This document shows, piece after piece, positions 1 to 11,976 of a stretch of 64,000 nt of DNA; positions within the stretch are counted from its first letter, which is position 1; every line of letters starts with the position of its first letter. Made by a program: the position numbers and the translations under genes. A model generated the notes under the pieces. It was not told the DNA's origin and ran no database searches. It saw only the letters and a list, made by a program, of their open reading frames with translations. Location: the NCBI RefSeq assembly GCF_964204645.1, contig NC_134034.1:9064962-9128961 (forward strand), in the 5' to 3' direction. This stretch comes from Tubulanus polymorphus. Lineage: Eukaryota > Animalia > Nemertea.

Positions 1-1130
1 TCTAATACATCATTTGATTTCTATAAATACAATTTATAATTACAAACATTTTTTCAATTGCTGGTAAATATTTAACTACATCAACAAATGTTAAACTTAA
101 TCATTGGAGTCTCAATGTTTTTGAAATTCTTATATTTCTTCTTCGATCTTTTGGTGATTCTATTGGTTTGATATCCATTGCTGTTGATTCCTCAGGTAGA
201 AAGAGTATCTTGAGTTTCACTTCTTGATGTATATGACTTTTTATTAATCTAAAAGATATTAGCGGTAACTCTAGCTATCTAAAAGATATACTAAATACAC
301 TTAAATATATCTAAAGGTTTCATATTTAATAGCCCCAATAACTACAAAAAACAGTACTTACATTTAGATTTATAATTGTAAACTATAAACTCCTAATTTC
401 GTTTCGAAAGATAGAATATCCTGAGCACAATATTACAGCGTATATCCATTTCCGGGGTGATTTCTAGAATGACACGTTGTTAATTATGCCACGTCATCTA
501 GTTCCGGTTCTAGAATATTCTCTACACGTTTGTAATATTATGAGTCATAATGTCTCGTCGTCATAGTAACAACTGTAACGGCTGTGAATTTATAGATTTA
601 TTCCATAGCTCTATACATTGAATGTATATAGGTTAAAATAGAATCATGTTCTAGTATAAACATCTAGAACAAACGTGTTGAGACTTGTAAATTATGAGAT
701 TTGTGATTTGCTACGTTCGCCGTATACACAACGCGTTGAAGTTGAAAAAAAATCAATAACAAAGGCATTTAGATCAATGAAATTAATTAACTCTTTACAA
801 TTGAAATATAAGCTGGTAACATATGTTTACTAGAGCTAATACAACCAACTATATAGCTGAGTATTATCGGGTGTTTATAACGATTCAACATATTTTTCAC
901 TATATGTTGAGTTCCTTAATTCGATAAATGTCTTTGCTTTAACCAACTGGACTAAAAACAAATGTGTTCTAGTTTTATTGTGTCTTGCTTTTTGGGATTT
1001 ATCTATATCGATATTACATGTTGGGCAGTAGTACTTATTTGCTTCCATTTTAATACTATATTTTTTATTAAAATTGATTTTAGAAGTTCAATGATTTAAA
1101 TGTTATTCATATATATATGAATATTTTAAG

Positions 1131-1337
1131 AGTAATAGGGGTAATGGGCTTTCATATCAAAGGTCGAAAGGTTGAGGTTGATAAATTTTCCAAATGTTAA
1201 AATAATAATAATTTCTACTTGAATTAGGAGTGTACGCGACTAATTCAAGTAGAAATTGTTGTTATTTTAACATTTTGGAAAATTTCTCGGGCTCGACCTT
1301 TCGACCTTTGGTATGAAAGCCCATTACCCCTATTACT
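1131..1337. repeat. ~200-bp near-perfect hairpin at the end of an AT-rich zinc-finger-bearing repeat (copy 1)
   Basis: agtaataggggtaatgggctttcatatcaaagg... is the reverse complement of ...cctttggtatgaaagcccattacccctattact, with a ~12-nt loop. Flank 955-1130 is homologous to 22670-22800 and 23090-23155. Confidence 0.85.
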
Positions 1338-4300
1338 TGGGTCTTCGGGTCCAATCGTCCTTAACATGAAGGCGATCATCAACAACTCGGAATCCTTTCG
1401 TTTCCATGGTAGCGCGTCCTCGTTCCAAGGTTGTTCCCGAAACAGGTCGAACTGACTCGGACTCAGATATCCACTCAAAATAAGACATAAGACCGTTATT
1501 CGTGAAAAATTAACGATTGCCATGTTTATTCAGCTCAACAACGGATTAAAAGAACGGGGTGTTGCTCATCACTCAAGATCAAAGCAATCTCCCAATACTC
1601 GTAATAAAATGTATGTACTCTCAAAAATCCCCAGGAACAAGGGACGTTTATAACATTTATAAACTGGTCCTTAGGCATAACGACGGCTCGTAGAACTAAT
1701 CATGTTCCACGGATATAATATTGTACGAAGGCGCGATTAGGCTCACACCCAAGAATGAGAGAGAGAGAGAAAAGGGGGGGGGGTTGAACTATGAGAGTCA
1801 AATAATTAAAAGGCTTGAGTCCGAAGCGGAAATGTCGGTGACGATGAGCAGATCCCAATATCTGAACCCGGCCAAGGACCGACTCGATAATGCCTCCTCT
1901 TGAACTACCACTACAGGGATTCTTCATCTTGGTTGGAATTTGCCTTCACTGGTGGTCCGACGCAGGAACTGATCAGTTCCCTGGTCCGCCATTCTTTCTT
2001 CGGGACACTCATCTCTGGTCCTCTTAGGCAGTAAGACATCAAGGGGAGACTTGGTTTCGACCTGGACTACCACTGGCAGCATGGTTGATCGTCACCCGAC
2101 AAATTCCGAAACTCATGGGGGGTCAAGTGACCCAACGAAATAAAATACCGTCAAAAATGATATTCCCTCACCCTTCTCTCTCAACTCAGTTTAAAAAAAA
2201 AGACTACAGGACCGTACGCGACATCGCTCGCGGAAATAAATGCAACGAGGCCTAGGCGACCCCGAATAAAATTCGACTCTACAACGAATGCATTGCATAA
2301 ATGGTTGAAACGCGAGGCGGATATAGCCGAAACGGTTAGGTCCCGCCGGCGCATTACTAAAGTCAAACGGCTTAGCTGCCTGATTATCATCTAACTCAAA
2401 TTAGAACTCAAGCGTGAGGTATTTCGAGCGAGTGGGAGACAGAGAGGAATAGTCCTCGCTGTGTCCCAGTCCCAGCATCACAATGATGTGGAAACTCGTT
2501 AGAATAATACTTAATGTCCGTATATTAATACTAGAGGGGTCGATCATCGATCGATAATACTTCCCGTGGAATAGGACGGGTAATGCCCCATGATTAAGGC
2601 GATTAATGCTTAAGGAGGGGAGGGAAGAAATCGGCGACAGTGCCAGCACCCGACTGGAACTCAGTCTCTGCAGATTCTCGTCTAACGGCTGACCGGCAGA
2701 CCCCATTCTTCGTTCTCTTCGCTTTTCCGTGGACCAATATACCATTCCCGTAGGTGGTCGAACCATCGACATCAGACGTCCTCTCCGGACCCGGCAAATC
2801 CCGTAGGCGGCTGTACCATCCACACCAGTAACCCTCGTCTTCTTCAATAGCCTAGCTATCTGGACCGTCAACGGACTGAGACCAAAAGAACCTACCCAAA
2901 CCAGTCACCATCGCCAAAATCCACCCACCCGGGACGGGAATTACCTTCGGTCGAGCTTTAAACAAGGGCTGTCGTTGGAGACAACCTAATAGTATCGCAG
3001 TGATGATTGGCGAATACTACAGAAGTTTATAGAATAACATGGCGGGCCGGGGACAATCAGGACCTCGCGGCACGGAAACAATAACAAATACCAAATATAG
3101 CTGCATAGCAGCGATAACGGGTTTCTGCCTAACTTTCATATGTCGCACTGGCGAATGACGAACTACTTACTAGCAACCTGGCGGATTGTCACTAGCTATG
3201 AGTGGAATCCTCAATTGCCACAGCAGCACTGCAGGAACCCCATTGTACTGTGGCAGTCGCCATGCCATCAAGCTCAAATCCTTGCCAGGGACAATGTAGT
3301 AAATGACATCAGAACTTGGCCAAGCATATGGGGATAAGCACCAAATTTGGAAACAATAATTATACACAACACATATCATCATACCATCCACCTTTTATTT
3401 ATATTTCATCCCACAACATTGATTACAAACATTTCTGAATACTATCTCACTGCACAATACAAAATACATACATCGCCACAAATGATTGCTACATGATCAA
3501 TTACCATTTCCTATATATTCAATACAATCCTTCATACAGTTCCATACATAATCATTCATAAGACTGTACATATGTGTTTAGTAATATTAATGGTGGTAAT
3601 ATATGTACAGTGTTATCACATCAAAACCTATGGCAACAACGCATCAATATCCCCCAGCATGAAATAATACTCATTTTGTACACTGTACATAGCTGTTACA
3701 TTCCAACACATCCATTCCACACAGTGACTGCTTCATCCCCATGACAGCTAGATATATACATCCACCACCATATCTTACTGTTACATTGCTACATATCAAT
3801 CACAATGTCAAATATCATTCATGCCCCATTACAACTATCTACATACTTTCCCCAGCTTATACCACTGTTACTTAACAACATATCAATTCCAAATACACAC
3901 TGTTTCATTCCCTAGAAACTAGGTACATCAATTTACCCATTTACTATTGTCACACAATCTTCAAAAACACTAAAATATAAACCCTGTCACTCATAAATGA
4001 ATTCACATAAAGGTCACATAAAATTAAAATCATAACTACACATGCCTGTATATACAAAACCCCACTATTGTAACACACCTGACCCTCCTATATACATCCA
4101 CATAGATGTTTCCACATATCGAAATCAAAACATACACTTCATACACACCACTTCACAACACCCTGCTTCATTAATACGCGTCACCCTCTGACATATATTC
4201 GCAGAGGAGACTCTACAGAACGAAATATTATAACCTCCCATACACATTTACACAACCCAGTACCATAACCTCCTACACATGTGTCATGATAAGCAAACAA

Positions 4301-4544
4301 CATCGAAATTCAAATGTGTACAAGTGGACAGAATTAAACAACATAAACCTATTACCAACTTGTGACATTATCATATTATAACATTACAAAACCCATCCAA
4401 ATAGGAGACTCTGATAATCGAAACATTTACTACATTTGCACCAGCACACAACTCCCCTATAAACAAATCTGCCTGAATAACCATAAAAGCGATAACATTA
4501 AAAACCTCATTTTCTAATGAGTAAATACAGTTTATAAACTGTAT

Positions 4545-6656
4545 TTACTCATTAGTTTTTTCAGTATTTTGTCGCTTGCCACACCAAGAGCAAATACATT
4601 CCTCAGATTGTTTCACACATGACACAACTTCATAGTGTACACCTCTGCAATTTTTCAAATAAATGTTGCCAATTAATTCACACACACGATTTGGTGCACT
4701 GAAAGTAGAACCAGCGAATCGTAACCAACCATTGCCTACAAATGTATATATATCAGCATGCAGTAAATCAGCTGTTGCAAGAATTTCAACCTCTGTCACC
4801 CAAGTACCTGTATATTTCATACGGGATTCATCAATATACTCATTTATAGTAAGTTGTGGATTTCTCAGATGTGGTTGGAATTTGTCGGAATTCTGCCGCA
4901 TGTGCTTTAAAACTTCGGTGCGTATAGCCCGATGATATTGCTCAGTTCCACAGATTGAATATGAAATTGCCCGGAAAAACAGCTTCCATCGCCTTTAATT
5001 TTCTGCGTATTACATGGAGAGTAGAGTTGTCCATCATATTTGGGCATACATTCATATCCGAGAGTTGAGGGTCGACAATGAATACCTAGAATAGAGCATA
5101 ATGTTTTGCACTGACCTTTTTCTAGTGGGTTGTAAATTAAATCATCATGCTGCACGGATTCACTAGTAACAATTACATCGCATTCATCTACTTTTGGGTT
5201 TGTATAGGGCAGTTCATCTTCACTACTTGTTTGTTGGTAGTTTGGAGAGTATGTAGTCGTTGTTTCGATAATGCTATTCTCTACAGTAGTTTCAATTTCA
5301 TGGTTGATAGAAGCCACTGTAATTTCATACTGTATTGGTTGCCTCTGATTCATTGAAGCTGCAAGATTCTGACAATGTTTGACAATACAATTAACACAAG
5401 AGTACCTTACTAATACAGCATGTCCATCAGCGGTCATCATTCCTGATGCATCTCTCGAATGTGAATCAAATACCCAGTACATGTCATCCTGTTTTAAAAC
5501 ACAAAATGTATTTCCAGCAAATGTTATAAAGCATGTGTCGTAATTAAGCAGATTATTGTGCAAACATTCATGTAGTTCACTGATAATTCCAAAATTTCCA
5601 GCTCTCATTTCATCAGATAATTCAGATATAGCAACTTGAGGGGATCCAACAGTCACATTATAAATGGAATTTCCAATCTCAACAGCAGTTGGTAGCTCAC
5701 TGATCAATAAATACATATTTGTTATTGTATTCATATTAGTCAATGTTGCGTATAAATCATTTCCAATATTCAATACTGAATCAATATCATGAGGCATCCA
5801 GTTTATTACAGCTTTATTTGATGCATGAATCATTGCAGCTAATGCATTTGTTACATTGCTTACCTGAATGAATATCGTATTTTGGATGACCCTGGTGGAA
5901 ATTTCCATGAATTGATGAACATCTCATATTCTCAGCACTTAAACATGACTCACTGTTACCAAAATTGCCATCACAATCTCTACACGAAATCATACTCGAA
6001 ATTGGTTGAATAGATGAGTCAGCTTTCATTTTCGATGAGGTTTCATGTATATTGTGACCAGCGTTATCATGTTGAATCTTATCACAGTTGTCAAGTGTAA
6101 TCTTTTCACAGATTCCATATATAGCCTTATCATAGTTGCCTTGTTTAGTCTTATCATAGTTGTCATGCATAATCGTATCACAGTTGTCATGATTGAAGTC
6201 ACAAAAAACTGATTTCACTTCAATTGTCTCAACTTTGTTTTTTGTCATATCTTCATTCGAATTAGTTCCACAATTTTGATTCATAGTCTGATCATAGATC
6301 TCATTAATATTCATTTCATGTTTTTCAGTCATTTTCATTTCATCTTTTTCATTTGTTTTCAAATCATAGTTTCCATTCATATGCATTTCATATTTTTCAT
6401 TCATTTTCATTCCATGTTTTTCAGTCATTTTCATTTCATCTTTTTCATTTGCATTCAATTCATAGTTCTCATTAGTTTTTGGTTCAAAGTTTTCATTGAT
6501 TTTCACTTCATACTTCTTGTTTTGATTGTTATCAGAGTTTTCTTTTTGCGTTTCGTTAAAGTTTTCATTTTGAGCGTTTTTTAGGTTTTCATTTAAGATT
6601 TCATTTTCAACTCTTCTGTAGTCTTCATCTTGAGATTTTTCATAATTTTTTTCCAT
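4545..6656 (-). pseudogene. Frameshifted Helentron/Helitron-type accessory ORF: herpesvirus-tegument-like C76 peptidase domain plus OTU deubiquitinase domain
   Basis: Three consecutive ORFs. C76 motifs: SIHGNFHQGHPKY..SGKQC, W..DIDSVLNIGNDLY, WVFDSHSR. OTU motifs: IKGDGSCF, WVTEVEILATADLL, HYE. N-terminus is an N/E/K-rich repeat. A possible upstream mini-exon lies at ~7035-7078. Confidence 0.8.
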
Positions 6657-7676
6657 TGATCATTTTTCATCTCTCTGTTTTGTCCAGTTAGGGCTGAGGG
6701 AACTCCAACCACCTCCACCTTCTGAAAATAGAAAAAAAATTCATTCACTATACGTTCGTAGAATTTTCTAATGAGTTCAATTCAATTCAATAGCTTATAA
6801 TTATCTCAACAAGAACCAGGGATGATACGACACTGGTCAGTTACACACCCTCTAAGCAACTGGTTTATGATTTACTGATATGGTTTTTTCTGATAAAATA
6901 CCAAAATCAGGCACCAAAATATTGCGCAGCTAACACATGTGATGAACAGCTTAATGAATTTTTTACTCGGAAAAAAGGCCTACATACTTCTTACTAGAAG
7001 ATTAACATTTGCCTATGAAAAGAGGGTCTTACCTTCTTCGGCTGAAAGCTACCAGCTCTTCTTTTCCTTTTAGGCATGATGAGTAATGTACTGATCAATA
7101 TCCTATTTCAAGTATCAACAAGTATCAAGTATGTGACCTATCACAAAAGAAACATTATCACAGCATTATTAATCAGCCTGTAGGAACTTTCTCTAAAATT
7201 TCGAAACAATAGGTGACACCTGCTACAAATAGGTATGGTGTGTTGAACAAGCAGCCTGTCAGCTGTGATAGCTCCGCTGGGTTTGGTTGATGGCAAGATT
7301 GGAAGAAAATTGAATAAAATGTGTTGAAAACAATGCATCAAAAATGTCTCCAAAACTAAACAAATTAACTGGATTTTGTTTGCAAACTTTTGGAATAAAC
7401 CCTATAACCCACATAGGCTAGACGTAGTATCCTGAACAAATGTGCAACGACGAGTATTAAAACAGGCAGTGAACACTATTATGGTTCGCCCGATTACCGA
7501 TTGGTGGCTCATTTTAAGATGGGTTGAAACAAAAATAAAAGGGTGGTCTTCCCTCTGAAACCTGTTGTTGCGGGGAATACCTGCATGATGAGTCTTGTTT
7601 AAAAAAATAAATAAATAGGAAATTGAATAATTGGTCGTCAGGTTCCGTTTTAGAAAAGGAATGATGCCAATACAAA

Positions 7677-8487
7677 TATCAACAAATTCAAGTTCTGGAA
7701 TTACTCGTATGATGGCACTAGTCAGAACCGGAAATTGGAACCTAAATCCACCTTGTTTTGTTGATTTGCAATAAAGATCTCTCGCTTCAAGTTTTTAATG
7801 AGCATTTTTTTTCACTAAATTTGTGATTTTTGGAAAATTTTTGACGTTTTGTCCAATCTAACAGATTTCCAGGATATCATACTTAAAGGATTAAACGTGA
7901 TGATGTATGTACGTAAAATACACTTACTAAAAAGGAAGTGCATATTTAACCTGGATCCGGTCACCGACTTCTGAACGCTATTTTGCCAAATCCATTTATT
8001 ATGTAACAATTAAATCATTTTATTGGGTTTAGGGTAAGGGTTTGGATAGGGTTAGTGTCAAGAGGGTGAGAAGAGGGTCCACAGGGTTCGATTTCACAAG
8101 TAGGGATAGGGTTAGGGTTAGGTGAGGCTAAATGTAGCTAAAACATTCGGATGGTTTTCAATGAGCTCTGTGATCTAATAGGAAGACACTAGGCTAGTAA
8201 TTCACTGGTCCGGGTAAACTCTGTTCTCCACACTTCCTTCCAATTATCTAAGCCGCGCACCTCTTTGCGCATGTGCGTAGTAAATCAGCCAATTTAGAGA
8301 CAATATTTTGCAAAATAGCGTTCAGAAGTCAGTGACCAGATCCAGTAAAATAACTACTGCCTACTAAAAAATTGAGAGGCCAGATTTTTATTGCAAATAA
8401 ACTAGAACATGGCAGATTTAGGTACCAATATCCAGTTCTAACTAGCGCCATCAGTCGAGAAATTCAAGAACCTGACATTGTCGATTT
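7677..8487. mobile_element. Nested pair of MITE-like inverted-repeat elements
   Basis: Outer imperfect IR 7677-7790 vs 8375-8487. Inner IR 7951-7990 vs 8305-8345 surrounds degenerate gggtta repeats (8025-8122). Confidence 0.6.
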
Positions 8488-9559
8488 CCCCAATAATTAG
8501 GCAGGCACAATTAGGCCTATGGGCCTAGGTAGATTGAATATACAAACAGTAGACTTAAGCTTGAATCAGATCCAGAAAGCAGGATACATTTTTACACTCC
8601 CAAATGGTCTGACATGAGTGGGCGGAGTGTACTGTAATTTATGTATAATAGGCCTTCAATTTGAAATTAGCTGACATACGATTTCAATTAAGATATTTCT
8701 GTGTTCATTAAAATTGGCAGTCCCTTCTTATAGTATTTATTCACATTCACGAAAACCTGATGACTTGTTCGCATTCAGCAGAATCGGGTGGCTTAATCAT
8801 AAGTCACAGGGTCAGGGAGATGGAGTGCTCCCTGCTCTCGCACACAGACACACACACACTAGTGCAGTTCAAATCCCATTATTCAATATTTAAGCTGCTG
8901 TCTATATAGGCCTAAATATTTTCTACCCATACCACAAACACTATTATTAAATCATACGCATTGGGTCAACCTTAACACCTAGCCCAAATTTGGCCTTTTA
9001 AAAGCTACTTCTATGCGTAAGTCATGCGGGATTCGATATCGATCTCACACCAACCAGACCCGACTGCTACCACAACGCGCGGATCAAGACGAATTCCGGT
9101 CGGCTTTTAATACCAGTCGTCAGATTACGTGGAAAAATACATCATATTAGGCCTAACCGTTATATATACATACCTCTCTGAAGATTGGTCACAGAAACAC
9201 ACAACAAAGTCGTAAAAATGCAAGTAACGTAGAGTGGCGTCGCACGTTGTAAAATAAAGAAAATGGCGTCCGAGCTAAATTGACGCATGCGCACGAAATC
9301 TGAAAACATTGAATGGATGTCGTAGGTCGAACCCCGATTTATAAATCCGAATCCGTGATTTATTTTGAAGCTCAAGGTCGTCGGGTAATTTGCAGGCTTT
9401 TCACGATGTACATTTATCAATGGATGATGATTCTTGCGACATTCTTATTTCCTGTTTAGACCAAATAATTACGCGGGATTAATTCATAATCAATTATAAT
9501 ACGCAAATTGGAAATGGTCAGGCGCTGAGTTATATTTCTTTCATAATTGAAAATTAGGT

Positions 9560-9630
9560 TTATAAGCTGCTAGTAGTCGAATCTGAGAGGAGTTACATTT
9601 TATGAAAAATTTTTGGCTGGAAAGGGGAAA

Positions 9631-9669
<39 letters not shown>

Positions 9670-9720
9670 CAACAGAATTACAAGAGGGTTTCTGCGAAAG
9701 CAGCAGAAACCCTAATAATA
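9560..9720 (-). mobile_element. Helentron/HINE-like terminus (short hairpin next to (AAT)n)
   Basis: agggtttctgc-gaaagca-gcagaaaccct hairpin beside an (aat)n microsatellite; the same motif block recurs at 22160-22320. Confidence 0.5.
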
Positions 9721-9894
9721 AAAGCAACGTAATTCAATCACATCCCCCCAAGGAAAGGAAACCCGGTCCCCGTCGGGACGCGGGCGGTACAATTTGCTAA
9801 CATTGTAACTTGGAATATAGTATTCGTTGGTTAGAGAGAGCTAAATTGAACCATGCGAGTGGTCGACGCTCAGGTCGAATCCCAAACTAGCGCG

Positions 9895-10020
9895 CTGCCC
9901 GCCTTATATAGGGCTCATTGTCCCTGCGTTGTCCTGATTGGCTACCCGCCTTTGTCCCCGCTACGCTCCAATAGGTTGAAAATCACGTGGTACGGCGTGA
10001 CGTCACGATCATGCGTGACT
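9895..10020 (-). promoter_or_regulatory. Cluster of Pol II promoter motifs
   Basis: TATA-like ccttatatag, CCAAT boxes in both orientations, E-box CACGTG and CRE palindrome TGACGTCA within ~120 bp. Confidence 0.35.
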
Positions 10021-11214
10021 GACCGCCGTCCACGACGACGCTCGATCGGAACCTACAAGCATAGATTTATTTATACGAACTCTGGTCCGAGTCGAGCATT
10101 AAAAACTCCGAAAAAAAAGATTTATTATCAAGAGAATATTTAACTTCCAATTAGTTAAAAAAATGTAGTTCACCGAAAGAGGGAGCACTCAAGCGGTCGG
10201 CACCGCGGAGTACCAAATTGAACCGGCCCGAATACGGGCGCTACTCGACTCTACTAGAGCGGAATTCATATATCACAATATAATATCGTTAGGATATAAA
10301 TACGAACGTATTGGTAAGAAGATTTGAGACGTACTGATGTGCTTTAAGAGCAGTTTGATTTCTTTGAACAACTGGTTCCGCCGAATAGTTATAAAGACGG
10401 TAAGACAACATAGTCTGTGTAAAATCCCCCAACGAAAACAACTCGACCCGCAACGCAGTAAGAAAGGTAACCAGGTTATAAACGGGAATAAAGGATAAGG
10501 AAATTGAATAATTGATGCTATTTTATGGATCTATAAATATTAGACGCTATCTATGGCGATACATGAGGGATTCAAAAACTGGCGCTCTGGCCCGGTTATA
10601 AAACTGCTATACAGGCAAGAAAATGATTTAAATAAACCATTTTACAGTTGCTAGCCGCCATTTTGTTAGGGTATTTTTGTCCCGTATTGTCGGGTCATTT
10701 TTTTCTCTTTTTTAAAAACTATCCGTGATGTGTATTGTATCATATTTCATCTGTCCATGGATGGATTTTGACAACTTCAGCAACATTCAAACCGCGTGAA
10801 TCTCTAGTTTTCAGTTATGTTAAAATCATTTCTCAAATTTACAACAATGCGACATGAGAGCGATATAAAAATCGGTGGTCAGTTTTTGCCGTGCGCATAG
10901 AAATCCAGGGTACTGAACTTTGAAGTTCGTTATTTTCCGAAATAATTTTCTAAAAAATCCAAACATTTCAAGCACTGTGCGCATAAATGCCCCCTTTCAG
11001 GTGAACTTTGAAATTTTAAGATATCTTGCCTAATTTTCCTATGGCTCTTTAACTGCAGCGCGTGTATTGTCATTCCGAGATTTGGCGCTGTTTTCTTTGC
11101 GTGTATTTCAGTATATGGGTGTTATTTCGGTTCAAGTCCAGTATAGCGTGGAATAGTTCCCCGCTCAAAGATACATTTTTTTAAAGGGAGTAATTCGGCT
11201 GCATACTTTTCAAG

Positions 11215-11400
11215 ACAAACCGACATACCGACAAACCGACATACCGACAAACCGACATACAGACAAACCGACAAACCGACATACCGACAAACCGACAAAC
11301 CGACAAACCGACAAACCGACATACCGACAAACCGACAAACCGACATACCGACAAACCATCAAACCGACAAACCGACATACCGACATACCGATAAACCGAC
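11215..11400 (+). repeat. Subterminal 8-bp repeat array (ccgacaaa/ccgacata)n of Merlin-1
   Basis: Direct tandem 8-mers, mirrored by the inverted array at 16398-16543. Confidence 0.95.
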
Positions 11401-11976
11401 ATTGGCATTAATAAAAAAAAGTAATATTATTACGGAACTTACTATTAATAGCAATAACATACTGAATGCTCGGTGGATTATGTATCTTTGGGTTTCACGC
11501 GTCTTGCGATGCTCTTATTGTATTAGACTTATTATATTGCACACATTAAAACAATAAATTGATTAATAGATTTCAAGTTTGTTGGAAATTTTGTGGCTCA
11601 GTTGGTACTGCAAATTCCTCTTGTGTCATATCTCTTCTCATTAAACTAAATGTAATGTTTGTAAGCATGTTTGGGTCCCCATGTTTGTTTGTTAATGGTT
11701 TCTACTTGTATTTCTGTAACAAATTAATTAATGACATGTTTTACTTAATCCAATAACATCATTATATTTAAATGATGAAAATATAATAAGAATTTGCGAA
11801 TTGATTTCATTACCTACAGTGTCATTCGTTTGATACCGAAAATTCTATTGTTATAGAACACTGCGTCCATAGTTTCTTTTAGCCACTGTCATTAGTGTTA
11901 CTATGGATACATATCTTAATTGAATTCGTAATTAAACTGATTAAACTGTTAAGTCAGATCAAAGATAATTGCCAAG

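Noticed and set aside
8025-8122. Interstitial telomere
   Set aside because: Only a few degenerate gggtta units inside a MITE.
11122-11408. ORFs of repeated SVCRFVG (also 16383-16574)
   Set aside because: Translation of an 8-bp tandem repeat.
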